Assembly: GCF_006345805.1 (NCBI RefSeq) | Contig: NC_042999.1 | Coordinates: 28,892,001 to 28,956,000 of the forward strand | DNA length: 64,000 bases | Reading direction: 5' to 3' | Origin: Octopus sinensis | Lineage: Eukaryota | In this document: positions 12,619 through 25,142 of the stretch, piece after piece | Numbering within the stretch: position 1 is the first letter of the stretch | Layout: the number at the start of each line of letters is the position of its first letter | Notes under the pieces: generated by a model | Told to the model about the DNA's origin: nothing | What the model saw: only the letters and a program-made list of their open reading frames with translations | Database searches by the model: none | Position numbers and translations under genes: made by a program

Positions 12619-13110
12619 GATACTACAATTATGAATAATTGTATATTAAATTTTGAGATACTAGAAGGCATTATCTCAACTCAGTGTCAGAGCGAGCCAA
12701 AGCATGACCATTACCACGAAATTCAAAGTGTGAATGAAAGTTTGTGTCACCAGCCCCCTTCCACCCGCGTGTAGCCAGACAAAATGCTGCGGTCATTTAC
12801 TGGGATAAAATATGGTTATCAGTAACAATAAAGGGTGAAATTAATAATTTGGAATAATTATCAATTACACCAAGTAGATTTCGGCATGTAAAAGCCCCAT
12901 CGAGGAAAAGTTAAGTATACTAAGTAATTAAGGTTAGCAACGAATTGCCTCACCAACACACCGAATTTAGAAATAGCAGTCAAAGAGATATAGCTATTCC
13001 TTCTACTAAAAGGGGGATCTCAGTAAAAACACAGCACTTGAAAGGCAAACACAGACAGGTAAGAAAGAAAGAATGAAATGACGGCAATCTATCATACAAT
13101 TTTAAGTTAC

Positions 13111-13197
13111 CTACGGACGTACGTTTCGAAATCAAGTTTTAGGAAAGCATAAGAATTAGAAATTACCTTACCCAAACTTCATTTCTCATCGGCGCAG
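13111..13197 (-). ncRNA. Type I hammerhead ribozyme, copy 2 (CCGAUGA core, intact GAAA)
   Basis: CUGCG-CCGAUGA-GAAAU...AUUUC-GAAAC-GUAC-GUC-CGUAG on the minus strand. Confidence 0.8.
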
Positions 13198-13469
13198 GAT
13201 ACTACAATTATGAATAATTGTATATTAAATTTTGAGATACTAGAAGCATATCTCAACTCAGTGTCAGAGCGAGCCAAAGCATGACCAGTACCACGAAATT
13301 CAAAGTGTGAATGAAAGTTTGTGTCACCAGCTCCCTTCCACCCGCGTGTAGCCAAGACAAAATGCTGCGGTCATTTACTGGGATAAAATATGGTTATCAG
13401 TAACATAAAGGGTGAAATTAATTAATTTGGAATAATTATCAATTACACCAAGTAGATTTCGGCATGTAA

Positions 13470-13518
13470 AAGCCCCATTTTCACCCTTTATATATATACC
13501 TAGTATTAATATACATAT

Positions 13519-13566
<48 letters not shown>

Positions 13567-13613
13567 ATATATTATATATATATATATATATATAGTATAT
13601 ATATATTATATAC

Positions 13614-13678
<65 letters not shown>

Positions 13679-13698
13679 AAGGGTGAAAATGGGGCTTA
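13470..13698. repeat. Short inverted repeat enclosing (TA)n
   Basis: aagccccattttcaccctttatatata (13470) versus tatatataaagggtgaaaatggggctt (ending 13698). Confidence 0.85.
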
Positions 13699-13701
13699 TA
13701 T

Positions 13702-13741
<40 letters not shown>

Positions 13742-14739
13742 AGATAGCGATACAGAAAGAGAGTGAGATACACATGTATGTATGTCTGTGTGGGTTTTTA
13801 CATCTATTCGCCTGCATATATTTATAGGTATGTAAATATACATGTATAGTGTGAGAATTTGTGTATATTTAACTTGGCACCTAATATTGTGCTCTATATG
13901 TGTTCTGGATACGTGTATGTGTGTGCGTGTGTGTGTGTGTGTATGTTTCCACTGAGGAAAACGTTTCCGTATATGTACAATGCATTTTTACGCAGTGTGT
14001 GGATACAGTCATAATGCTTATTGAAAAATGGCAGATGATGCAAACTAATGTGTGAGGACCATAATATCCAAATGTAAGTACTGTATTCCGAAGAAAAGCA
14101 GTACACCAGATACTTACTACATGTATCATTTGTATCCAGGGTTGGTGTGAGACCCATCGAGGCCATAAGCACTACAAAGATTTTGGGGCCCCTATTAAAG
14201 ATTATTTAATTTAAAATATGAATAATAGCAAACCATGAAATGAATTTTTACTTTTCAAAACAAGCAAAACAATAAAAAAAAGCAAGAGGGAAAATATTGT
14301 TTATTTATTCTTTTTTGTATATTTTCACTTTATTTATATTTGAAAAGTTTCCTCCTACATTTTTGAATCTCATTGTCTTTGATCAGATCCTCAAAATTTA
14401 TCTCAGGTAAGGCATCTGAATCTATACTCAATACAGATAAAGGTATCCCGAATATTATTTTAGCAATTTGAAAATGAATTATTTTGTGCTGCAACTCATT
14501 TAATACTTCTGTGTTGTCCCCTTCTTCCCTTAATTGGAAGCATGTTCTTATTTTGCTTAATGGTTAATCCAGCGCTGTTTGTACCTATTTAACTCGGTTG
14601 GGGGTTGACAGGAGATCGAAGTCAACCCACAATAATTATATACTTAGATACAGCCAAATATATAAAGTGAGAGAAGCAGTCAAAGAGAAAGGGTGAGATA
14701 TAAGTATATATTTGTAAATACATACTTTTATTTATTACC

Positions 14740-14808
<69 letters not shown>

Positions 14809-14872
14809 GCATTCATATATATGTGTGAGTGCATGGTGCATGTCTCTTCTCTCTCTCTCTCTCTCTCTCTCT

Positions 14873-14920
<48 letters not shown>

Positions 14921-15144
14921 GTATGTATTTATAATCTTATACACTATCAAATGGAAGGAAGTAAGAGAGATGTGCATAAACATGAAATGCTTAAAATAAA
15001 GGGTGCAATATAAACCTATTTAGAGCAATCCGAATACTCAGTATATACAAGTAAAGAATAGGAAGATAGTAAAGAAAGGAAGTGAAAGTTACTGGCATTT
15101 CATACACTGTTATTCAAACACAGTGGAACTATTCCTAGTCAAAT

Positions 15145-15410
15145 ATGTATACATATTTCCTTGAAGCCTCGTTTGTGGCCATTATTTTTCTAATCTTCGC
15201 TCAACCTACAAATATCGCCCCATCTCCGGCAGATTTGCGACCCAGCGTGTGACAGTAGAGATCCCCGGTTTTGTTGACCCACGGACTACATATCTGCGCA
15301 CTCCGTTCTGTGAAGAGCTGGAATTTAAACCAGTGCGATCTATACGAGTCGGACAGGATGTTCAAGGGCGTCTGTCACGCTAACCTCAGGCGCAACACTT
15401 TTTAGGTTTA
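15145..15410 (+). other. GC-richer island: signal-peptide-like smORF followed by Cys-rich sequence in shifted frames (possible decayed secreted Kazal-like gene)
   Basis: ATG at 15145 gives MYTYFLEASFVAIIFLIFAQPTNIAPSPADLRPSV*; downstream frames give ICDPACDSRDPRFC and ICALRSVKSWNLNQCDLYESDRMFKGVC. Confidence 0.25.
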
Positions 15411-15659
15411 CTCTGATAAGTGTTATGCCTCTTAAGTACAGTTTCTCTTTACGCAACGTGTTTACATACGAACTTGATATTAATATTTAAATATCATTTG
15501 CCAGTAATATGTTTAATATGTAAATTGGCCTATCCAATAATGTCGTATATGTAAACTTGTGGAGTATATAGGCAACGCTTTCGTGGCTAGTTGCTGGGTT
15601 AGATGCGGTGCTAATGAAACAAAAGTAACTCTTGACGTATTCATATACACCTCGTAAAT

Positions 15660-16200
15660 ATGAATGCTACAAATTTCTGCCCCGTCTTTGGATGATCATA
15701 ACTTCTTGCCCCCCACCGTGTTTGGGTGATCATAACTTTAAGAAAAATAGTTATTTTTTAACGAAACTTTCTACTAATATCTGCTATATCACGTAGATTC
15801 TGAATATATAAAAGTTTAGGGAGGAAAGTGTTTTGGAGGGGTGGGGTGGGGAAAAGGAAACTAATATGGACCACTTGTTCCGAATCAGCCCCAATTGTTT
15901 TCTTCCAAAATTCGCATGTCCTGCAAATCTACATAGTCTGAGATATGTTTGTAGCGAATTTAATTGAATTATATCCATGTTTTCTGGAAATTAAGACGAA
16001 TTGAATTGGACATCGGTGAATTCTCCGAAATTCCTCCACCCCTCCCCTCCCTAAAACACTTTTCCCTCAATATTTTGCATATTCGGCATTTACATGATAT
16101 AACACATATTCTTAGAACATATCATCAAAAATATCCATTTTTCTGAATGTTATGATCATCCAAAATCGGGGGAGGGGAACAGAAATTTTTAGTTATGCCG
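15660..16200. mobile_element. Fold-back / MITE-like element
   Basis: aaatttctgccccgtctttggatgatcataac versus gttatgatcatccaaaatcgggggaggggaacagaaattt; inner pair gaggaaagtgttttggagggg / ccctccctaaaacacttttccctc. Confidence 0.7.
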
Positions 16201-18058
16201 CATGTGCAAGAACGACAGGAAATGTTAATTCATAATAAGAACGGCTGCATTTAACTTCTAAAATCATATGTAAAATGCATGTACGTGTACATTATTATAT
16301 ATACAGCAATGCAGGTTAAAGATCCAAGTATATTTAAAAGGACAACAAGAAAATTTTGAGTGTATTTCAAAACTTTCATTTCATAGCTCCTTTCGTAAAT
16401 AAGAAAACATCACCTAATGAGAACTAATGATATCAAAAATTATTTTGAAATACAAATTACAAGTTGAAACTTCGCACCCATTAACTGAAAGAAATTTGCG
16501 TTATCACGTACATTTTATTGACAGAGTAAAATGTTACGAAACTTTGCATCTACGAAGGCTTTTAGAAGGCACATATGACAGGCATAGCATTGTCAGTCGC
16601 ATCTCGGCTTGGCTGCTTCATGAAAGTACAACGATGCTTGGATTAACGCTTAAGATTTCATAATTGAGAAGGTATTGGAGTAAATTACAATTAATATAGT
16701 TGGGAAATCTTATATATAAATCTAGGTCGTATTATTGTCCAGATTTTAAAGAAAATTCCGCACGTTATTCATTCGGTGTCTGATAATGATATTGGTTTTT
16801 AAAATATTTGTTTTTGCTCCTAGAATACTTAGATAAAAAAAAATCATGCATATCAGACTCCCTAGGATATGTTTGACGCCAAAATCCTTTGCTTTCTTAA
16901 TTTACTCGATACATATGATTACTGTAAATATAAATATCACCAGTTATTGTATATAATGCATTTATATTTGCCAACAGAATAACTACTAAGAAACTATGAT
17001 GAAGTTGATATAATTTTTCATCGAGAATTGTTCTTCCACGTGAAGTCTGCACTAGACTACCAAGGATGAATAACCTAAATGACCTGTATACACAATTAAC
17101 TGTCAAGTTTAAGGCGTATCGATTTTATTCTGCTACTGAGAAGAGTTTAATGTTAATGCAAATTACTACAATGGAAACTTGTGCAGAAACCAATATCAAG
17201 GGTTATTAGAGATTTGACAATTAAACCGAATAATTCAGAATTCAGAAACCTAAAGCTTGGTTCACAATCTAGAGATATCGATAATTACTCGCGTAAACGG
17301 GTTCGGAAACCGTGAAAATTCTAACAGTTTAAGGATGACAAAATTAGCCCTTTTATGTGTGGAAATAGCATGTATGGGTTGAAAAATAGCCAAAATAAGG
17401 TATCAGGAATAATTTTTAATGATATTACTATCAATATTAACAGGGTTCTTATGGAAATCTTAGCAACACTGGTAAAATTAATGAAATAAACACATAGAAT
17501 AGATACATGTATAGGGTAGTTATGAAAATTAACACAATCATCAAAAAATATTCCTTAGTTTAAAATATATTTAGCTACTTTGATTATATTGTTTTACCTG
17601 CTTCCAATAACTGAGAAATATGAGAAACTTAACTTTGTATAATGGAGTATTTACTCCATAGGCAACACCAAAAGAAAGTGCAAATATATTTTTGAGAATA
17701 CATATGTATTACTTCCTCGATAACTATACATTAATACTATACAGTGAAACTTTCCTATAGAAAAAGCTCAATCCCTATTACAATAGTAGGAATATAAACT
17801 AGTAATAAACACAGCAACAGCCATTGAACGAATGCGCTAGTTGAGGTAGATTTAGGAACTACTGCGTTAGAGAAAAGTAATGTTATGCGCATGTTTACGA
17901 ATGCAAATTATTTTGATGAAGCAGAGGTGATTAGTGGGAATAACCACATAAGTAAGGAAAACATAAACAGACGGCGAAGTAAGAACTTGATCAGAGGTTA
18001 TTTTAATAAGAACGAAAATACAGCCCAGGATAGATAAAAAATAACATAGATTATTTAA

Positions 18059-18452
18059 TGCATGTAGCTGTAAGTGGCTTGTTTACGAACGACATGTTTT
18101 CCGGGTTCACTTCCGCTGCGTGGCATGTTGGGCAAGTGTCTTCTACTAGAGCTTCGGGCCGACCAAAGCCTTGTGAGTGGATTTCGTATACGGAAATTGA
18201 AAGAAGCCCGTCGTATATATGTATACATATATGTATGTATGTGTTCATATATTTGTGTGTCTGTGTTTGTCCCCTTAACATCGCTTGACAATCGATGCTG
18301 GTGTGTTTGCGTTCCCGTAACTTAGCGGTTCGGCAAAAGAACAGATATAATAAGTACTAGGCTTACGAAGAATACACCTGGGGTCAATTTCCTCGACTAC
18401 AGGCGGTGCTACAGCATGGCTACAGTCTAGTGACTGAAACAAGTAAAAGAGT
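18059..18452 (+). mobile_element. tRNA-derived SINE family A, near full length
   Basis: Degenerate tRNA head (ccgggttcacttcc), ttgggcaagtgtcttctact...ccgaccaaagccttgtgagtggattt, internal (TA/TG)n, tail gactgaaacaagtaaaaga. Confidence 0.9.
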
Positions 18453-18648
18453 ACTCTGCCAGTTATTCTCGAACACTTAGCTGAGGAGTCCTAATTGCCT
18501 GGCAGAATAAAAATTCCTGGAAATTTCATAATGGATTTGTATAAATATAGATAAAATTTAACAAAGACATATAAAGACAGAGAGAGTGAGAGAGAGAGAG
18601 AAAGAAGAAAGAGAGAGAAAGCGATAGGTGTCACGTGTACTCATTCAC

Positions 18649-18689
<41 letters not shown>

Positions 18690-18695
18690 TTATGC

Positions 18696-18841
<146 letters not shown>

Positions 18842-19592
18842 TATATATATATATATGTATATATGTATATATCAGTCGATCAAGAGATATTTTGGACAAA
18901 ATTCAAAATATACAGTCTATAAGTCTATGTATTATATTATGGAGGAATTAGTTTTTCTATTATATATATAAAGAGACTAGACAATGTTGAATAAGAAAAA
19001 TACCTTCGAAAGTTGTATTCAAATAATTTCTTTTATTTTTCTCCATTTTACGAATATACAAACTCTTAAAAGATTGTAATAAATAATTCAAAATTGTCTC
19101 TCTACTTCGACGTTATTTTTTTTTTCCATAAACTTTATATGATGGAAAAATTACTGCAACAGCTTTAGGCGCACGTATGTTGAAGTATCAATGATATTGT
19201 TTTCTCAGTTTATTTCACATATATACTCAGGTATATGAAATGACATATACTTATCGATACATACACGCTCACATACACACACAGAAACAAACATGCACAT
19301 ACACACATACACACAAACACATGCACACATACGTACTGTAAACTTTAACATTTTCATTTAGTTAGATATGAAACTTAAGAAAATTTCTGTTTGACATCAG
19401 TTCTAGTCGTTCTATCAGTTATGAGGCCAAAGAATTAAAGTACTTTAAAACAAATCTAATTTTAAAACTTAATTTTCTATAATTTTCTACAGTTCTATAT
19501 TTAAGAGATGAAGAATTATGTACATTATTTACATTATATACAGTTGAAGAATATTTGCCTTCAGTTATGGCTCAATTGATTATTAGTTGATA

Positions 19593-19748
19593 CCCCGCCG
19601 AGGTCGACTTTGCTTTTTATCCTTTCGGGGTCGATACATTAAGTACCAGTTTCGCACTGGGGTCGATGTAATCGACTCAATCCCTTTGTCTGTCCTTGTT
19701 TGTCCCCTCTATGTTTAGCCCCTTGTGGGTAGCAAAGAGATAGATATT
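19593..19748 (+). mobile_element. SINE family B, 5'-truncated
   Basis: gccgaggtcgactttgc...cctttcggggtcgat...tttagccccttgtggg matches 48408-48550 in reverse complement. Confidence 0.85.
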
Positions 19749-19749
19749 T

Positions 19750-21280
19750 ACAAATGTATGAGACCTTGCAGAATTCCCCCTGCTCTTCTGGAAACAGGTT
19801 GTTTTCTTCCAGATCGTGCTCGATCTCTGCTATATTATTACAGTAATGGCTTTGTAAATTGTATGGAGACAATTTATTGGCCTTTAATTTCGTGGGTTTG
19901 CCGTTTCAGTTGATTTGGAAATAAGGATAGTTTTCCTTTCCGTGAGACATTCAGATATTGTCTCTGGCTCTGCTAGTATGTCATTAAATGTTTCAGCCAA
20001 CTATTTGTGTCTTCCTGTCAGACATTCCAAACAGAAATTGGGGATCTTATCATGCCCAGGTGCCTTCCAGTTGCTCAGTTTTTGCAGTGCGTGTGTGACC
20101 TCTTCAGTTGTTATAGGTGCTCAGACTTGTTCAGGTGCTACTTTCGTTGATTTGAGGTCGTTTCTTCGCCGAATATATTTCTTTCCACATTTCTTCCACT
20201 TCTACCGTTGGTGCTGCATTCATGTCTATTTTATTTTTGCTGCCATGTTCTTGGTATAATTTGGGGTGGTGGTGTAGGTGAACTGTTTGTTTTGTAGAGA
20301 GAAACGGTGTTTCTCATACAGGCGGATCCTTTGTACTTTGGCAAGGATATCTTGTTTTAGCTGTTCTTTTACCTCAGATAACCATTTTTTTGTAACGTAT
20401 TTGCACATTATTTTTCCTCACTTTTTGTTGCTTAGTAGTGTTGATTGTCTACTAGTTTCGTTAAGAAGTGAAAGATCTTTTCTCTTGTTTTCTATATTTC
20501 CTGGATATTATTTATCCACAGTGTTTCTTTGGGTAGTGGTACTCCTGTTTGGATGGTTTTGAGGGAGTAACCAGCTTCTTTTGTGGCCACAGTGGCTGCT
20601 GCATAGATTACGTTATTTAGCTCTGTGATATTGACATTTGTTTCCGTGGCTATTAGTTCTGTGACGGCCAGGTCCATGATATTTTTTAACGATGTTGCTT
20701 TATTATCTATTTTAATTTCTGGGAGGTACAATCGGTGGTCCATTCTGAGATCTGTGCTTTTCAGTTCTTTGTTTATACTCATTTTTAGAGTATCATAATC
20801 ATTAGATTCCCCTTCACTGTTTCCAGATTCAAGATTTGTTTCGCTTTACTTCCCGTTCATATGTTTGTCTCTATTGTTCTGTTTGGGTGCTGTTTGCATA
20901 TCATTATACATCCCTACGTTCTGGGTTTGTTGTCTATTCTAGTTAACTTCACTTTTCCTCATGTTTTACTGTCTCAGTGCTTATATCTTTTGGCAGAGCT
21001 GTGCGGCTACTATCTACCTTTTCCTGATGTATTTTCTCTTTTAAATATTCCATTTCTATTTCTGATAATTTTTTTTTTGTTTTGACTATATATATCTTCG
21101 AATATTAGTTAGTTTATTAGGCAGTATTGACGTGTCCAAGTCTTTTGGTTATTTTTCTTCCAGCTTTAGTACGTCTATTTTGTGGTGTTTTCGTTCTTTG
21201 GGTAGAGCACTACTGTAAAATAAGTGTGTAGGATTGAGATATATTCCTCACGTGTCCATTTATGACTTTTGGAGATGATA
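19750..21280 (-). mobile_element. R4/Dong-clade LINE 5' fragment (N-terminal region plus start of RT), decayed
   Basis: KWTREEY, NITELNNVIYAAATVAT, LKQDILAKVQRIRLYEK, LQKLSNWKAPGHDKIPNF and FPEEQG; homologous to 44680-45180 and 45720-46900. Confidence 0.9.
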
Positions 21281-21439
21281 TCCAGTTAAAATACATAATT
21301 TCATTGGGAAAATAGAAATACATTTTAAAGAGTATTACTTACCCGGATAGAGATATTTTTGGCAACTTGCGATGTTTTTAAATACATTTCGGAGCAGTGT
21401 TTTATCGCTCGCACATGTTAAACGTCTACCTGAGGAACC

Positions 21440-21975
21440 CGGTAGATGAAAATGGTGCTCAAATTAGTGGTTACCGACAGCGTAAGTTGATCATTGGAAA
21501 TAAAAAGGATTGTTACAACTCACGGAACAGAGACAATGTGATCAAGCTAGAGTAATAAGAAAAAAATAGTTGGTTCACAGAAGTAGAGTTGGAAGGTATC
21601 AAAAGACGGGTCTTGTAAAATAGCGGCAGACATGACGATGAAAATATAGTTCTTACTCATAAATGTAATCTCATAGCACAGGAAAGGAGCAGTGGTAGAT
21701 TACTTGATGAGAGACATGTAGATGATCTAAAATAAGACAATAAAACTAATGACGGCGTGACAGATGAACAAAAGGCAATCTACGACAGAATAAAGGCAAA
21801 ACTACAGGAGAACGATTGCGACATTATTTGCAACCTTAAAAAGGTTGATCAGTGGAAATTGAACCAAGAAACGAAAAATGTCAATGATATTCTGAAATGC
21901 ATCAGAACAAACAACATCACGGAAACAAATAATTTGATCAGGGCAGTGAGTATTTTTGTAGCAGAAAATGTGTTC
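21440..21975 (+). mobile_element. N-terminal fragment of a second R4/Dong-type family
   Basis: GYRQR, DQARVIRKNSWFTEVELEGIKRR and NLKKVDQWKLNQETKNVNDILKCIRTNNITETNNLIRAV. Confidence 0.75.
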
Positions 21976-22134
21976 AGAAAACTGCTATATTCCGAATAGT
22001 TATTATCTTTAGATTGGTATTTAGATGTTATGTATCATGGAAAGGGAACCTATGAGACCTTTGACAACAGTTTACTCCTCGGAGTTACAGAAGTAACTGG
22101 AGGAAGTATTATCGAGAACTCTGAAAAGTAAAAG

Positions 22135-22137
22135 AAA

Positions 22138-22217
<80 letters not shown>

Positions 22218-22424
22218 TAATATTAATGATGATGATGTTGATGATGATGATGATAATAATAATAATAATAATAATAGTAATAATAATAATAATAATGATG
22301 ATGATGATGATGAAGATGATGATAATAATAATAATAGTAATAATAATAATAATATTAATAATAATAATAATAGTAATAGTAATAATGAAGATAATAATAA
22401 TAAAAAAAAATAATAATAATAGTA

Positions 22425-22497
<73 letters not shown>

Positions 22498-22600
22498 TAA
22501 TGATAATAATAATACTAATAATAATACTAATAATAATGTTGTTGTTAATGGCGATGGCGATGATGATGATGACGACGACGACGATGATGATGATAATAAA
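22135..22600. repeat. Compound (AAT)n/(GAT)n microsatellite
   Basis: Directly visible trinucleotide array. Confidence 0.95.
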
Positions 22601-23651
22601 ATACAGCAAAAGAATATACGTAAGACAGGAAATACACAGGCAATGATCCTAGGTACGCACAAGTTCTCATTGATTATAAAGAGAAACTTAGCTGAATTCG
22701 ACAATTTCCGAAAATGTTAATTAATTTGGCGATCTCAGCGCCATACCTTGCTCGGGCATACATGAGCAGACATGAAAAAGGATATAAACAACGAAACAAG
22801 GCAAGTACGCATTGACTGAATGTATAAAATATTTAACAATAAACAAATATGCGTGGACATATACATACATATATACATTTTTAAATAATGGTGTGTGATT
22901 GAAAGAATATATTACTGCCAAATCAAGCGGCGAATTACTTAATAAATGCATATTCATAGATCTACCGCTGTGTCAACATTTTAGTTCTGTATTATGTACG
23001 GGAATTCTTTCCCTGTTGCGTTTATGGCATAAGCATATCAATGTTTTTCTTCAATTAAAAAAGGTTTGTAAACTGAGTGAACCAAATAACGCTTGTTGAG
23101 AACACGTTATCTGTTCAACTTCGTATATTATCATATTTAATATCGATTTTTCGACATCATGGACTTCTAATTGAATGATTATTAAATTAAGAATACTTCA
23201 TTAGCTGATGAATTCTTCTTCGTTGAAATGCACAGTTTTATTTTAAATCAATAAACATTTAAGTTTTAATGACATCATATGATTTCATATCAGATATGAT
23301 TCAAAATTATATGAATATCAGTGGATTGTACGGTTCAAGAAATTGAAAAATAGTCAAATTGTAAAATTGCCATTCTGTACAATGCACAGGAGATATTCAA
23401 TCACAAAAGGAGCTATCTTTCCCTAACCTAAGTGAAATTCTGATTGACTTGATTCTTGATAAAATTTTATTTGGTTTTTTTTGTTCATTATAAGGATAAT
23501 TTTATAGTACTTTGAGAAGTTCGGTTGAGTAGCTGGTATGTGAAATAAAACTCTGTTATCGTACAGTTAGTAAAATTCATCCCAAACGAAAGCGTCGGTG
23601 ATTGACATTATATCGTGTCAGGCATTCCGCTAACACAATTTAACAAATATT

Positions 23652-23893
23652 GGAGGCGCGTGGCTTAGTGGTTAGGGTGTTGAACACATGATCGTAAGGT
23701 TGTGGTTCTGATTCCTGGACCGGGCGATGCATTGTGTTCTTGAGCAAAACACTTCATTTCACGTTGCTCCAGTCCACTCAGCTGGCAAAAATGAGTAATC
23801 CTGCTACGGACCGGCGTCCCGTTCTGGTGGGGAATTTCTAAACCACTGAAACCGGGAACCGGCCCTTATGAGCCTGGCATGGCTCGAGAAGGA
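23652..23893 (+). mobile_element. tRNA-derived SINE family C (CORE-like centre) with 16-bp TSD
   Basis: A box TGGCTTAGTGG, B-box-like GGTTCTGATTCC, ttgctccagtccactcagctgg centre; TSD acaatttaacaaatat at 23635-23650 and 23894-23909. Confidence 0.9.
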
Positions 23894-24597
23894 ACAATTT
23901 AACAAATATATTGCATCTGGCCTTCTATAGCATAATCCATTTTTATTGTGCTCTCGTTGTAAAGGGAAATAGAGCCGCGTGTTGTAAGATGACCCTATTA
24001 ACAACGCGATTATGACTAAAGATCGTAGGCCATATTAATTTCATAAATGAATGCAAAAATCAGGTAATATGATATTTATTTGATCCGCATTTACTATGGT
24101 AAAATTCTCTCTTTTCTCGCATGAAAACACTTAACTATTTGTACTAATCACTACTTACTGCTATATTGTTCCATGGTAGACAATCTAAAGTGCCGTCTGT
24201 CATTTCCAGGACTTTGTGTATTCAGACTATGCATACTGCTAATAATAAACCATTATTAATTACCCAATCTTCATTTTTTTTTCTTCATTTACATGAATAT
24301 ATAAATATTATTTTAATGAAATTCATTCCCCCCAAATACTGTATATTGAATTAGTATTTCCTTAGATTAAATCATCTCTTAATGATGCCTTACATCATGA
24401 CACTGTGATACATGATCCCTATTTATCGTTTTTGTTTCTTCTTTGCCTTTTACGATCCCTTTTGATAGAAAACCTACCCCGCCTTTTCTTTTTCTTTTTT
24501 TTTCCTCAAAAAGAAAAGCTCTACTTTGTAATCTGCCCCGTCTGTGTGCAGCCCTGTGTGGCTAATAAAGAAACATATATATATTTATTCTCTTTAT

Positions 24598-24835
24598 TCC
24601 TTTAATTCTTCCAGTTATTTGACTGCAACCATGCTGGAGCACCACCTTTACTTGACCAAATCGACACCGGGATCTATTCTTTGTAAGCCTAGTTCTCATG
24701 TTATCATTATATTTTGCCGAACCGTTACGTTACGGGGATGTAAACACTACAACAGCTGTTGTCAAGTGATGTTGGGAGAGACAAACACAGAGACACAAAC
24801 ACATACTCACACACACGCACACACACACAAATATA
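24598..24835 (-). mobile_element. SINE family A 3' half
   Basis: ttgactgcaaccatgctggagcacc...tctttgtaagcctag...ttgccgaaccg matches the reverse complement of the family A tail. Confidence 0.8.
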
Positions 24836-24899
24836 CACGACAATCTTCTAGTTTCTATCTACCAATTCATTTACAAGAATTTGGTCGGGACCCATGCAT

Positions 24900-25074
24900 A
24901 AGCGCAGGAGTGTCTGTGCGGTAAGTAGCTTGCTTACCAACCACAAGCTTCTGGGATTAGTCCATCGCCTGGCACCTTGGCCAAGTGTTATTACTCTAGA
25001 CTCGGGGCTACCAAAGCCTTGTTAGTGGATTTGGTAAACAGAAACTGAAAGTGTCCCGTCCTATATATGTACAT

Positions 25075-25142
<68 letters not shown>

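Larger units (their letters stand above)
12250..13478 (-). mobile_element. Hammerhead-bearing repeat: 582-bp tandem unit (1.8 copies) preceded by an inverted partial copy; PLE pLTR array or non-LTR retrozyme
   Basis: gctattccttctactaaaagggggatctc starts at 12411 and 12993 (period 582); the second copy ends at 13478; 12250-12410 is the reverse complement of about 12505-12663. Each copy contains a hammerhead fold. Confidence 0.85.

Noticed and set aside
12411-13478. CRISPR-like or prokaryotic repeat array
   Set aside because: Long near-identical units with no short repeat/unique spacer pattern; eukaryotic context and no cas genes.
13995-14074. Exon-like segment with good acceptor and GTAAGT donor
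   Set aside because: All three frames contain stops and nothing links it to other candidates.
17140-17200. EGF-like C.C....YNGNLC pattern
   Set aside because: Needs multiple frameshifts and crosses a stop; no clear splice sites.
23200-23240. CUGAUGA...GAAAUGCAC hammerhead-like motif
   Set aside because: Stem II is essentially one pair, U16.1 is missing and there is no stem I.
23652-23725. tRNA genes at SINE heads (also 48010-48075, 48560-48632 and 49575-49642)
   Set aside because: A and B boxes are present, but there is no complete cloverleaf, and each continues into a shared SINE body.
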